A stretch of 62,507 nt of DNA, filler included, from Nitrospinae bacterium RIFCSPLOWO2_12_FULL_45_22 (GTDB taxonomy: Bacteria > 2-12-FULL-45-22), in assembly GCA_001803565.1 (NCBI GenBank). It is 4 parts of 4 records of this genome, joined end to end, with 100 filler letters (N's around TTAATTAATTAA, not from the genome) between each part and the next. Parts side by side here need not be neighbours in the genome. Positions count along the whole stretch, not along the records: positions 1 to 22,408 come from MHDQ01000039.1; 3 more parts are not named here. One strand, 5' to 3'. The notes beneath the pieces were generated by a model. It made no database searches. It had not been told where the DNA came from and saw only the letters and a program-made list of their open reading frames with translations. Numbering within the stretch: position 1 is the first letter of the stretch; each line of letters begins with the position of its first letter. Position numbers and translations under genes: made by a program. Positions 8,171 through 17,883 of this stretch are shown piece by piece.

Positions 8171-10444
8171 ATGAAACATCATAATTATTCTATTATTGGT
8201 CATCGCCAGCCAGCGGTAGATGCAGCATCCAAAGCTACAGGACAAGCGCAGTATACCGTGGATATACAATTGCCGGGTATGCTCTGGGGTAAGATATTAC
8301 GGAGCAAATATCCCCATGCCCGCATACTCAATATTGATACCAGCAAGGCCGAAAAACTCGCTGGTATTAAGGCAGTAATTACCCATAAAGATACCTTGGG
8401 TAAAAAATTTGGCTTTGTCCGCAATACGGCGGATCAGTACCCCCTGGCCGTGGATAAGGTGCGCTATATTGGCGATGAGATTGCGGCTGTTGCGGCTGTA
8501 GCGGAAGATGTTGCTGAGGAGGCCCTGGCCCTTATCCGGGTGGATTACGAGGTTTTACCGGCTGTCTTTGACCCCCTGGAGGCTATTGACCCAGAAGCAC
8601 CTCTGATCCATGACGGACAAAATAATATTAGCGCCCGGCTGGCCTGGGAGTTCGGTAATGTGGAAGAGGGGTTTGGGGAGTCCGATTTTGTCCGGCAGGA
8701 TACCTTTTATACCCAACCGGTTAATCATTGCCCTCTGGAGCCCCATGCCTGTGTAGCCAGCTTTGAGCCCCCTGATCATCTCACGGTCTGGGCCTCTACG
8801 CAAGGGGTATTCTATCTGAGGAACCAGTTGTCCCGTACCCTGGATATGCCTATAAGCAATATAAGGGTTATACGTCCCCAGGTTGGTGGGGCCTTTGGCG
8901 GTAAGATAGAGCTATTCCCTTTCAATGTTTGTGCTGCTATCCTGTCCCAAAAGACCGGCAAGCCGGTAAAGATCGTTTGTACTAGAGAAGAGGTATTCAC
9001 TGCTACCCGGTGCCGTCACCCTATGATTATTCATTTAAAAACCGGGGTAAAAAAAGACGGTGCCTTAGTAGCAGTCCAGGCCCGGATTATCCTGGATGGG
9101 GGGGCATATAACAGCACTGGTCCGGTAGCAACTTATTTAGCCGGAGCCTTTCTCTGTCTGCCCTTGAAGGCCCGAAATATCAAATACGAAGGTTTTCGGG
9201 TCTATACTAATAAACCGGTCTGTGGGGCGCAGCGGGGTCATGCGGTACCCCAGATCCGCTTTGCTATAGAGTCTCAGTTGGATATAATAGCCGAGACACT
9301 GGGCTTAGACCCTATAGAACTCCACTTGAAGAATGCCGTCCAGACAGGAGATGTGACCTTGAATAAGCAGGTCATTACCAGTTGTGGTTTTTCTGAATGT
9401 TTAGAAAAGATTAAGGCCCAGCGATCCCCGGCTCTCCCTGAGGGTAAAGGGATAGGCTTCGCTACCTGTGCCTTTGTGTCTGGCGCTACCTATCACCTAT
9501 TCTTTACTACCGAGGCCTTTGCTAATGCTATTATTCAGGCCAATGAGGACGGCACGGTATCCCTTATTACTGGCGTAGCCGATATTGGCCAGGGCTCTGA
9601 TACAGTCCTGGCTATGATAACGGCTGAGGAGCTAGGTATAGGAGTAAAGGATATCAAACTGATAACCGCCGATACTGATCTAACCCCTTATGACTGGGGC
9701 TCTGGCTCCAGCCGGGTTACCTATCAGGCCGGTAATGCCACAAAGATGGCGGCTGCTCAGGTAAAGAAGCTCCTGCTTGAAGCCGTTTCCCATGAGTTAG
9801 ATGTCTACCCTGAGGAGCTAGTAGCCCGGGATGGCAGGATATTTGTGAGGGACCGGCCGGAAAAGGGCATATCTTTTGCTGAGGCGGTCTCATTAGCCCA
9901 GAAGTCTACTGGTGGAGAACCTATAATTGGCCAGGGGGAGTTTCAGCCCCAGGAAGCTAAGGTTAACCTCCAGAGTGGTGAAGGAAACACCTCGCCTGCC
10001 TATAGCTTTGGGGCGCAATTGGCTCAGGTAGAAATAGATAAAGAACTGGGCAAGGTCAAGGTTACTAAGATGGTCGTTGCCCATGACTGTGGTCTGGCTA
10101 TTAACCCCATGGCGATAGAAGGGCAGATTGAAGGCTCTATAGCCATGGGTCACGGCCAGGCCCTATATGAAGAGTTGATACAGGAAAAGGGCCAGACCCT
10201 TAATGCCGATTTTATCAATTACCGGCTACCAACAGCCCGTGATGTGCCGGAAGTAGAGACTATGCTGGTAGAATCGGTAGACCCCGGGGGGCCTTATGGG
10301 GCCAAAGAGTCAGGCGAGGGGATCATTGTCTCTACTATACCAGCTATTGCCAATGCCATCTCTAATGCTACCGGTGGCCGTATCCATTCCCTACCCCTTA
10401 CCCCAGAAAAGCTCCTGAAGGCCCTTGAACAAAAGACAAAATAG
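8171..10444 (+). CDS. Xanthine-oxidase-family molybdopterin-binding subunit, 4-hydroxybenzoyl-CoA reductase alpha-like
   Basis: GGAFGGK, GAQRGHAVPQ, DIGQGS, SSRVT and GPYGAKESGEG motifs. Confidence 0.85.
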   Translation: MKHHNYSIIGHRQPAVDAASKATGQAQYTVDIQLPGMLWGKILRSKYPHARILNIDTSKAEKLAGIKAVITHKDTLGKKFGFVRNTADQYPLAVDKVRYIGDEIAAVAAVAEDVAEEALALIRVDYEVLPAVFDPLEAIDPEAPLIHDGQNNISARLAWEFGNVEEGFGESDFVRQDTFYTQPVNHCPLEPHACVASFEPPDHLTVWASTQGVFYLRNQLSRTLDMPISNIRVIRPQVGGAFGGKIELFPFNVCAAILSQKTGKPVKIVCTREEVFTATRCRHPMIIHLKTGVKKDGALVAVQARIILDGGAYNSTGPVATYLAGAFLCLPLKARNIKYEGFRVYTNKPVCGAQRGHAVPQIRFAIESQLDIIAETLGLDPIELHLKNAVQTGDVTLNKQVITSCGFSECLEKIKAQRSPALPEGKGIGFATCAFVSGATYHLFFTTEAFANAIIQANEDGTVSLITGVADIGQGSDTVLAMITAEELGIGVKDIKLITADTDLTPYDWGSGSSRVTYQAGNATKMAAAQVKKLLLEAVSHELDVYPEELVARDGRIFVRDRPEKGISFAEAVSLAQKSTGGEPIIGQGEFQPQEAKVNLQSGEGNTSPAYSFGAQLAQVEIDKELGKVKVTKMVVAHDCGLAINPMAIEGQIEGSIAMGHGQALYEELIQEKGQTLNADFINYRLPTARDVPEVETMLVESVDPGGPYGAKESGEGIIVSTIPAIANAISNATGGRIHSLPLTPEKLLKALEQKTK

Positions 10445-10461
10445 CTAAGAGGTCCTCTCTC

Positions 10462-10597
10462 GGTAACTATTCACCGCTGAACCAGACGCTGAGGCGCAGA
10501 GTCTTCTTACGGATCGTAAGGAGTAAGGTGTGAGGGTGAGGGGGCATCTCCTTACGCCTAACGCTCTCACGCCTTACGGGGCGTCTCTGCGGTTACC
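10462..10597. mobile_element. MITE-like element (GGTAAC...GTTACC ends) containing inverted heptamer arrays
   Basis: Starts ggtaactattcaccgc and ends ctctgcggttacc; internal cgtaagg agtaagg tgtgagg vs ccttacg cctaacg ... ccttacg. Confidence 0.55.
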
Positions 10598-11161
10598 CCA
10601 GGGTATTGAGCAATTACCTAAATTGTTACAACTTGTGGGATTTTCTATAGCCGTTATTATCTCTTGTAATTTGCTGCTATATTCTTTTTCTAAGGCAGCT
10701 AATAGTTGCATCCCTTCCCTGGAGCCCTCAGGATTAGGAGTGATAGCAGCACCCCTTATTCCCCGCTGGGCCAATTCTTCTACGATTAGCTTTTCTATAG
10801 CCTTTAGTTTCTCTCCCCTTGCCCGCTGGTACTCCCCGTATAGTCCTTCTATCTTAGTCGCTACCGTTTGACCATTCTTTTGGAAGCGGTTGATAACTTC
10901 TAGCAGCTTATCATTAATATTAGAGATGGTGTTGGGCTTTGACCATACCAACGATAGAAATTCCCTGGTAAGTAGCTCATCTCTACTTAATATCTTCTCT
11001 ATAGCCTCTAGCCTATCTTCACCGGACCAGTATCTGGTTAGCAAGCCGGTGGCCTGGGATATATATTCCTGTTTCTTTATCTCCTCTCTCTCTTCCTGTG
11101 TGGTCTTAATTTCTCTGGTCTTCTCTAAAGCCAGTTCTAAGGCACTCTTTAACTCACTCAC
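10574..11161 (-). CDS. Hypothetical helical protein
   Basis: 195-aa ORF starting MSELKSALELALEKT with a GGAGGG RBS; the C-terminus runs into the repeat element. Confidence 0.75.
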   Translation of the reverse strand: MSELKSALELALEKTREIKTTQEEREEIKKQEYISQATGLLTRYWSGEDRLEAIEKILSRDELLTREFLSLVWSKPNTISNINDKLLEVINRFQKNGQTVATKIEGLYGEYQRARGEKLKAIEKLIVEELAQRGIRGAAITPNPEGSREGMQLLAALEKEYSSKLQEIITAIENPTSCNNLGNCSIPWGNRRDAP

Positions 11162-11486
11162 CCTACCCTCCCCTTATCCCTATACAGGATAATTCAATTA
11201 TTACCATCTTTTTATATCGCTATAGGGATCGTAAAGCAAGGAAAAAGTGCTAGCCCCTCCTTAAAATCCTCTATTTTTTTTGAAGGACTTACCCCAAAAA
11301 CTATGGTAGAATTTTAATTATTGAATAATTCCTAATGAAAATGCTCTGCCAGTATTTCGTTTCCTCTTCCAAGACCCCTTAAGCGGTAGGGAGAGTATGT
11401 TGGTAGAAGGGGGATGCCTCGACATCTCCAAATAGTCACTCTAATATGTATGATTCATAAACATATATAGTATGGAGGATTGAATC

Positions 11487-11918
11487 ATGAGCCAAGTGAT
11501 AGAATTGCGCCTAGAAGTTGAACCTATAAGCCCAGACACACCTTCTACTGTAAGTTCTCTCATAAAAGAGGCAATTGATGAATCAATCACCGCCAGTGGG
11601 ATAAAACATGTAATATCCCCCCAAGAACTGAGTATAGTATTTGAACAGCACTTACCAACACCCCAAGATTTGGTTTTGGTAGTTTCAATTATCCAGTTAG
11701 TGATCACCGCAGACCCACAATTTTTCTCAAGAATAAAGATATTTTTAGATTATCTTTTCGCAAATGTAAAATTCAAAAAAGCTGCTCCCCAAAAAATAAA
11801 CGCTAAAATTTCAATGGGAGATAAAAAAATTGAGGTCAAAAATCTTAGTGTTGAAGATGCCATTAAAGTCATAACGAAAAATTATGAAGTTCATTTTAAT
11901 CCTACTGGAAAAGGTTAG
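11487..11918 (+). CDS. Hypothetical protein with a central hydrophobic segment (EACC1-like pattern)
   Basis: GGAGG RBS; hydrophobic LVLVVSIIQLVI, then a basic patch and INAKISMGDKKIEV. Confidence 0.75.
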   Translation: MSQVIELRLEVEPISPDTPSTVSSLIKEAIDESITASGIKHVISPQELSIVFEQHLPTPQDLVLVVSIIQLVITADPQFFSRIKIFLDYLFANVKFKKAAPQKINAKISMGDKKIEVKNLSVEDAIKVITKNYEVHFNPTGKG

Positions 11919-11924
11919 AATACT

Positions 11925-12977
11925 ATGCCTTTAGATCCTGAACGGCAGGCAATATTGGATATATATTGTCATGTATTTGAAAAGTTGCTTGGGCATCTTA
12001 ACATTTTTGAAACACCTTCTATTATTGATTGCGATTGTTACGCAATTGTTAGAGAATGTTTTGATCCTGCCGTTAAGGAATTTGGTAAAAATCCACCTCT
12101 AACCAATGACAAAGGAGTTCTTCTTCAAGATCTACTGAAAAAAATAGAGGGCTTATTTAGCTTTAACTATTCAAGTCACAATGATTTGCTAGATTCATTT
12201 CAGCGTTATAAATATCTTGTTCTGAATACACCTATTTTATCTCCTACCTGGATAGATAACTCTCAGGAAATCGGAGAAAGATTATCATGTCAATTTTATT
12301 CACAAGTTTCCAGTCAAAAATATCAAGGTCTAGAAAGATCTGTTACTATTGTTATAACCCCTAGTAATAAGACATTTATTTCTTCTGTTCCCCAAAAATC
12401 TGGGGGAATAAGTGAAATATGTTTAACTTTTGGAGTAGCCGATTTTGATTTTAAGACTTATGTTAATCTCCCCTTCTATTTTTTCCACGAGTACTTATCC
12501 CATATACATTCGGCAAGTCTTTTTAACGAGTGTAATCTCACGCAGACATCATTATTTGAAGACGGTTGGCTTATCTATATTGCTCATCATAAATATGAAA
12601 ATTATATTCGTTCAAATCCTGAATTTGCGGAAGAACTATCCCACAAAGAGCACTATCTTAAAAGCTATATCTATTCTATCACTGACAGGGAAAAAGGAAA
12701 TAACCATGCTCAAAAAGGTTATGAACTCGCTGAAAGATTTGCACAAATTGTAGGTGAGGAACTATGTCATAAAATCAGTTTGCTTTTGGCAATGCATGAC
12801 TATGATTCCCTGCCAGGTTATTCTTTCCTGCACACTAAGTTCTTGTTTATTGTTAATAACTGGCTTCCTCGCTATTTCAAAATGGGGGAAGATGAGAAAA
12901 AAGACGAAGTTGAGTTAATGACTTTGGCAATTGATGATCAAGAACCCCTGAAAAGTGTTTTAGAGTTGATGGAATAG
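11925..12977 (+). CDS. Hypothetical protein, possible zinc metallopeptidase
   Basis: FFHEYLSHIH (HExxxH) with a downstream FEDGW acidic motif; starts 6 nt after the previous gene. Confidence 0.75.
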   Translation: MPLDPERQAILDIYCHVFEKLLGHLNIFETPSIIDCDCYAIVRECFDPAVKEFGKNPPLTNDKGVLLQDLLKKIEGLFSFNYSSHNDLLDSFQRYKYLVLNTPILSPTWIDNSQEIGERLSCQFYSQVSSQKYQGLERSVTIVITPSNKTFISSVPQKSGGISEICLTFGVADFDFKTYVNLPFYFFHEYLSHIHSASLFNECNLTQTSLFEDGWLIYIAHHKYENYIRSNPEFAEELSHKEHYLKSYIYSITDREKGNNHAQKGYELAERFAQIVGEELCHKISLLLAMHDYDSLPGYSFLHTKFLFIVNNWLPRYFKMGEDEKKDEVELMTLAIDDQEPLKSVLELME

Positions 12978-13014
12978 ATTATTTAAAAAAATAATGAAAT
13001 TATTTTATTGGTAC

Positions 13015-13043
13015 TTGACAGAAAAATATATTATGTATAATAT
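13015..13043 (+). promoter_or_regulatory. Sigma70-like promoter upstream of the kinase operon
   Basis: TTGACA at 13015-13020; TATAAT at 15-nt spacing or TAATAT at 17-nt spacing. Confidence 0.5.
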
Positions 13044-13362
13044 GTATAAGAAACATATAAATCGGCCTCATTCTATACCGGGGAAGAAAATGTATATTTA
13101 AAGGCGCTGCTTGGTTATTTCCATAAGATAAAGGAGACAACATATGATAAAAAAGGTCGTGGCCATCATTATTAACGCATTAACTCATCATAATAGGAGA
13201 CCAACAAGCTAATAAGAAAAGGTACACATGGGTCTAGATAATATCAGAAAAATAGCCAATAGCTTATCGTCTGATGGAATTGCTGGATTCACTTTAGTTA
13301 CTGTAAAACCATTATCTTAATGATGGGTTAACCTAAGAGTCGTATTATATATAATAAGGATT

Positions 13363-16300
13363 ATGGGTATGAAAAGGTTTATGTTTACCACAAATAAGAA
13401 AGAATTCAGATTTCACAAAGAAGACTTCATGGATAATGGAGAGGAAAAAAATATACTTAAGGCAGAAGATTTGCCGGGAGTCTCTAGCCTTCATCTGGAA
13501 ATTCCGCTTAAGTTCCAGAAAGAATATGCGGCTCTTGAGAAGAGAGCTTTGTTTGGCAGACAAGCAATGAATATATTAAGTAGTCTATCAAGAGACCTCT
13601 TGATCTTATCCCATGAGGAAATTTTGCGCCAAATATCCGTGAAGGCTCGTCAACTGCTAGACGTCCCTGTATGTATCCTTTGGAAACTAGACAGAAAGGA
13701 CAATAAGCTGAAGATAGTTGAATCTTGCGGTAATGTGAGTGAGGAATATAAAAAAATAGAGATTAACCCTAATGACCCCACAATGAAAGAATATCTCGAT
13801 AGAAGGAATGTTGGCTATCTTATAGATGCTACCCGACAACAGAAATATTTTAAGCACTCTAAAGCGGTAGAAGAACAGGGATGGGTTTCTCTCTTGAGCG
13901 CCCCCATGAAAGTTGATGGTGACCTTATTGGGATGTTGGATATCTTTACCCTGGAAAAACGCCTTTTCGAGGACTGGGAAAAAGAGTTCTTTGGTATCTT
14001 TGCAAACTATGCTGCTGTCTCGATACAAAGGGGTGAGATACTAATTAAGCTAAAATCCAGACAGGAGCAAAACCTCCAATTGGGAGAAATTATCGCCCGT
14101 ATACATAGCTCCGATAATTTCGATCATATGTTACACTTTATTCTAATTGGTGCTACAGCTAGTTTTGGGTTGGGGTTCAATCGCGCCCTTTTATTATTAA
14201 AGGAGGAGACTACCAATACCTTTACCTTGAAAGGTAGAATGGCGATCGGAGAACTTACAAAAGATAAAGCTCTTGAGGCTTGGAAGAAGATAGATCACCT
14301 AAGCTTTGATTATTATTGTTGTATTGTACAAAAGAAAGGTATCAGCGATACCCCATTAAATCAATATGCAAGGGAAATTCTTATCCCTTTAGAAGATGGT
14401 TCTCAAGAGATCATTAAGGAAGTTTTCCGTTCAGGAAAACGCCGAATTATCTCTAAATTCGAGTTCTCTCAATTAAATGAAAGTTTAATACAAAAATTTG
14501 ACCCTACTTCTGATATTATTGCTGTTCCGTTAGTAGCAAAAGGAAATAGTGTTGGTGTACTAATCGTTGATAACAAATTTAATGATCGTACATTTTCTGC
14601 AGATGAGGTTGAATCCTTACAAGCTTTAGCTGATCAAGCCGCCATAGCGATCTTTAATTCCCTGGTACTTCGACAGAGGGACAACCAAAGTCGGCGTGAG
14701 AGGCTGATCACAGAGATCAGACAAATCGTTGAATGGCCCTTTGCTGACAAGCACCCCGGAACCTCTTATGAAAAAGAATTGGATGAGACTTTAGATTGTA
14801 TAGTTAAAAAGACTGCGGAAGCCCTTCACGCTAAAGAGTGTTTCCTTAGATTGTTGAATAAGACAACCAACAATCTGGATCTGAGAGCTTACTATGATGG
14901 GACCAATAAAAAAATAAATCTGGCTGAGGCCCGTAAATTTAAGTTGGGGGAAGGCATCGCTGGATTTGTTGCGCAGACAGGCAGAGCTTACATCTGTCCA
15001 GATGTTTCCATAGATGAACATTATGCTGGCCCTGATATAGGTGGAAACAGAAACTCAATATTGTCTGTCCCTATCAAATCTGGTTCTGATGATGTCGTTG
15101 CAACACTTAGTGTAGGTAGTGATAACAAAGCAGCCTTTGGAGAAGAAGAAAAAATTCTGCTTGAGGGAATAGCCAGAAGTGTTCTAATGGCTATTGAACG
15201 AGCCAATTTGATGGACACTTTGTTTCGTCTTGCCGAAGAGGCAGCGAAGGCGAGAGAGCTTGACCACCTACTCAATCAATTAACCCTTTTTGCAACGGAC
15301 CTAATGAGGGAACCGGTTTGTTTAGTCTGGTTACTCGACAAGGATAAAAATGGATTCACGGCAAGGGCGTTTCATGGACCAGCGGGACAAAACCCTGATT
15401 TGAGCAAGCTCTTTATCAGCAACAATACGGCTGAAATCGCTGAATTCTTACAGAGAGAAAAACCCCTATATATTGAAGATGCAAGGCAGAGCGAAGCGCA
15501 CGCCTACAGGGAATTGGTAAAGGAACTGGATTGGAAGAGCATGCTAGCGATTCCTCTTACCTCTGAGGGGTGTGCCATTGGAATTCTGCAGATATATTCA
15601 TATCAAGAAGCACGCAGATTTACTACTTGGCAGTTGCAGCGATTCAAGACATTTGCCGCCCAAGCCTCTCTTGCTATAGAAAACTGCTATACTCGAATGA
15701 GATTGGAGGCCCTGAATCAAGTCAACCAAGAAATGACCGAAATACCTCATAAGAAAGAGTTCTTGGATTTTCTCCTTAAGAAGAGCTTGGTGCTGGTAGG
15801 CTCCAACATCGGTTGTGTAAGCCTCCTGGATTATAATTCAGGGGAACTTAAAATAGTGGCTTCCGAGGGGATTCCGGATCACCCTTTGAAACTCGGCCAG
15901 GGTATTACTGGTAAGGCCCTTCTGGAAGAGAAACCAATTAGGGTCGATGATGTTCTGACCAATGAGTGGCGTGACATATATTTCGAAGCCAGGAAAGATA
16001 CTCGATCTGAACTGGTAATCCCTATCGTGATTTATAATTCGCAGGTTCGCATCGGTCAACAAGTCCAGTTGGCATCAAAGCCGATTGGTGTACTGCACAT
16101 TGAAAGTCCCACAATTGGGGCCTTTTCTGAAAAAGATGAGCAAACTCTAGCAGCTCTCGCCCGCCAGGCCGCAATGATTCTTGATAGAATTGAGTTTGAC
16201 AAAAAACTTGATGAGTTAAGGAAAGCTGAGACCACTATTCTTGCCAAGACGGACGGGGAAGGAGCTATTGGAGCTATCCGTGAAGCTATTAGCAAAATCC

Positions 16301-17415
16301 TGGGATATGAATGGGTCAATATTTCCCTGATAAATCTTGAGCTTGGCAGAATTAAATCGGAGCATGTATTCGGTCTGCCAGAGTACGAGAAAGAGACGTT
16401 CAAGAAGCTAGCGGACCATCGTCTTGATAGTAATGATATTCAGGCTGATATTGTTAGGACCAGGCATATAGAAGTTCCGGAGCCTGACGATCCCCGCTTC
16501 GATTGTGCAATCTATGATCGTTTTAACCATAAGAAATTCATCAGGGTATATATTCCCATGATTACTTCTGAAAACACCGTCCTTGGCACAGTAGAAGCTG
16601 GTTATGAGATGACCCTTTACAGAAAATATATCTATGAGAAGGACATACAAATCTTGAAAAAGTTTGTTGATTATGTAGTCTCTGCTCTTGGAGGAAGGAA
16701 AAGGGCGCTCTTAGATAAAATCACTCATGAACTGAGGTCACCCGCAGTAGGTATCCGAAATAATGCCAGCTTCCTACAGAGACGCTGGGAGGAATTGGAA
16801 AAAGGAAGAATCGAGCCGAAACTTAATGACATAATTGCAGATTGCGAGATATTGCTTCTTGAGGTCGAGGAGTTAGAATATCTCCAGCGGAATATCCTTA
16901 CCCGAGAAGCCCAATAGGAAACTATCTTGGTATTTAGAGACATAATTATCAAGACAATTCTTCAACTAAAGCCCCTTATGCGAGAGAAGGGTTTTGATAT
17001 ATCAAAGATATTTTATAGGCCAGAGTATATCCATAAGATCCCAAGGCTCCTTGTGGATCGGGCTAGACTGAATCAAGTGGTATTTAATGTGCTGATGAAT
17101 GCCATAAAATACGCCGAGGACGATCCGAATAGATTTGCCATCCGTATCGAAGTAGACGAAAACAGGAATTTCTATATCATTAAATTTAAAGATTGGGGAA
17201 TCGGGGTGAAAAAAGGCCTTGAGGACAAGATCTTTGAAGCAGGGTTTCGGGCGCCAGAGGCTATTGATAAGTATGTCACTGGTTCAGGTTTAGGGCTAAA
17301 AATTTCTCGAGACATTATGAGAGGACTTGGGGGAGACTTGAAGTTAACGAGTAGTTACAAACCTACCGAATTTGGAATGATGTTACCCAAGACATTGAGG
17401 GAAAATAAAATATGA
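13363..17415 (+). CDS. Cytoplasmic multi-GAF sensor histidine kinase interrupted by one in-frame TAG (16915-16917)
   Basis: About six GAF-like domains and H-box ITHELRSP. After TAG the same frame continues ETILVFRD to the HATPase boxes NVLMNAIKY, DWGIG and GSGLGL. Start uncertain (13363 or 13429). Confidence 0.88.
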
Positions 17416-17867
17416 TCCTGTTTGTAGATGATGAAACAAGAAGGATGGAGAGCTATAAGGAAGAACTGGAATTATCTGGTTATGAGGTTAAATTTCTACA
17501 GGATGTTGATTCTGCCTGGCGATTTTTCGAGAACAATTTCGAAAAAATAGATCTCCTTATATTAGATCTTATTATGCCACCGGGACAAATCTTCAAAGAT
17601 GAAAATACTGAAGATGGGTTGAGGACTGGAATTTTTCTCTTTAAGAAAATAAGGGAAAAGGCCACGGCCCTTCCTACGGTACTCTTTTCTGGTGGGCAAC
17701 CACCAGGAGGAGTCCAAGAACTTCCTGTTATTATCTTTACAAATGTCTCTGACGCCGCTGTACGGGAAATATTTCGGCGAAAGGAAAAGTGCTGGTTCAT
17801 TCACAAGGAGGATGTGTTACCCTTTGAGCTTGCTGAAAAGATAAAAGAAATCCTTGAATCATCTTAA
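17412..17867 (+). CDS. Single-domain response regulator
   Basis: ILFVDDE, DLLILDLIMP, IIFTN and conserved Lys; overlaps the kinase stop. Confidence 0.9.
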   Translation: MILFVDDETRRMESYKEELELSGYEVKFLQDVDSAWRFFENNFEKIDLLILDLIMPPGQIFKDENTEDGLRTGIFLFKKIREKATALPTVLFSGGQPPGGVQELPVIIFTNVSDAAVREIFRRKEKCWFIHKEDVLPFELAEKIKEILESS

Positions 17868-17883
17868 GGAGATAGGAAAAACA

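Noticed and set aside
16915-16917. Genome-wide TAG recoding
   Set aside because: Other genes end normally at TAG (for example fabF, thrC, the four-helix gene), and no pyl genes are visible.
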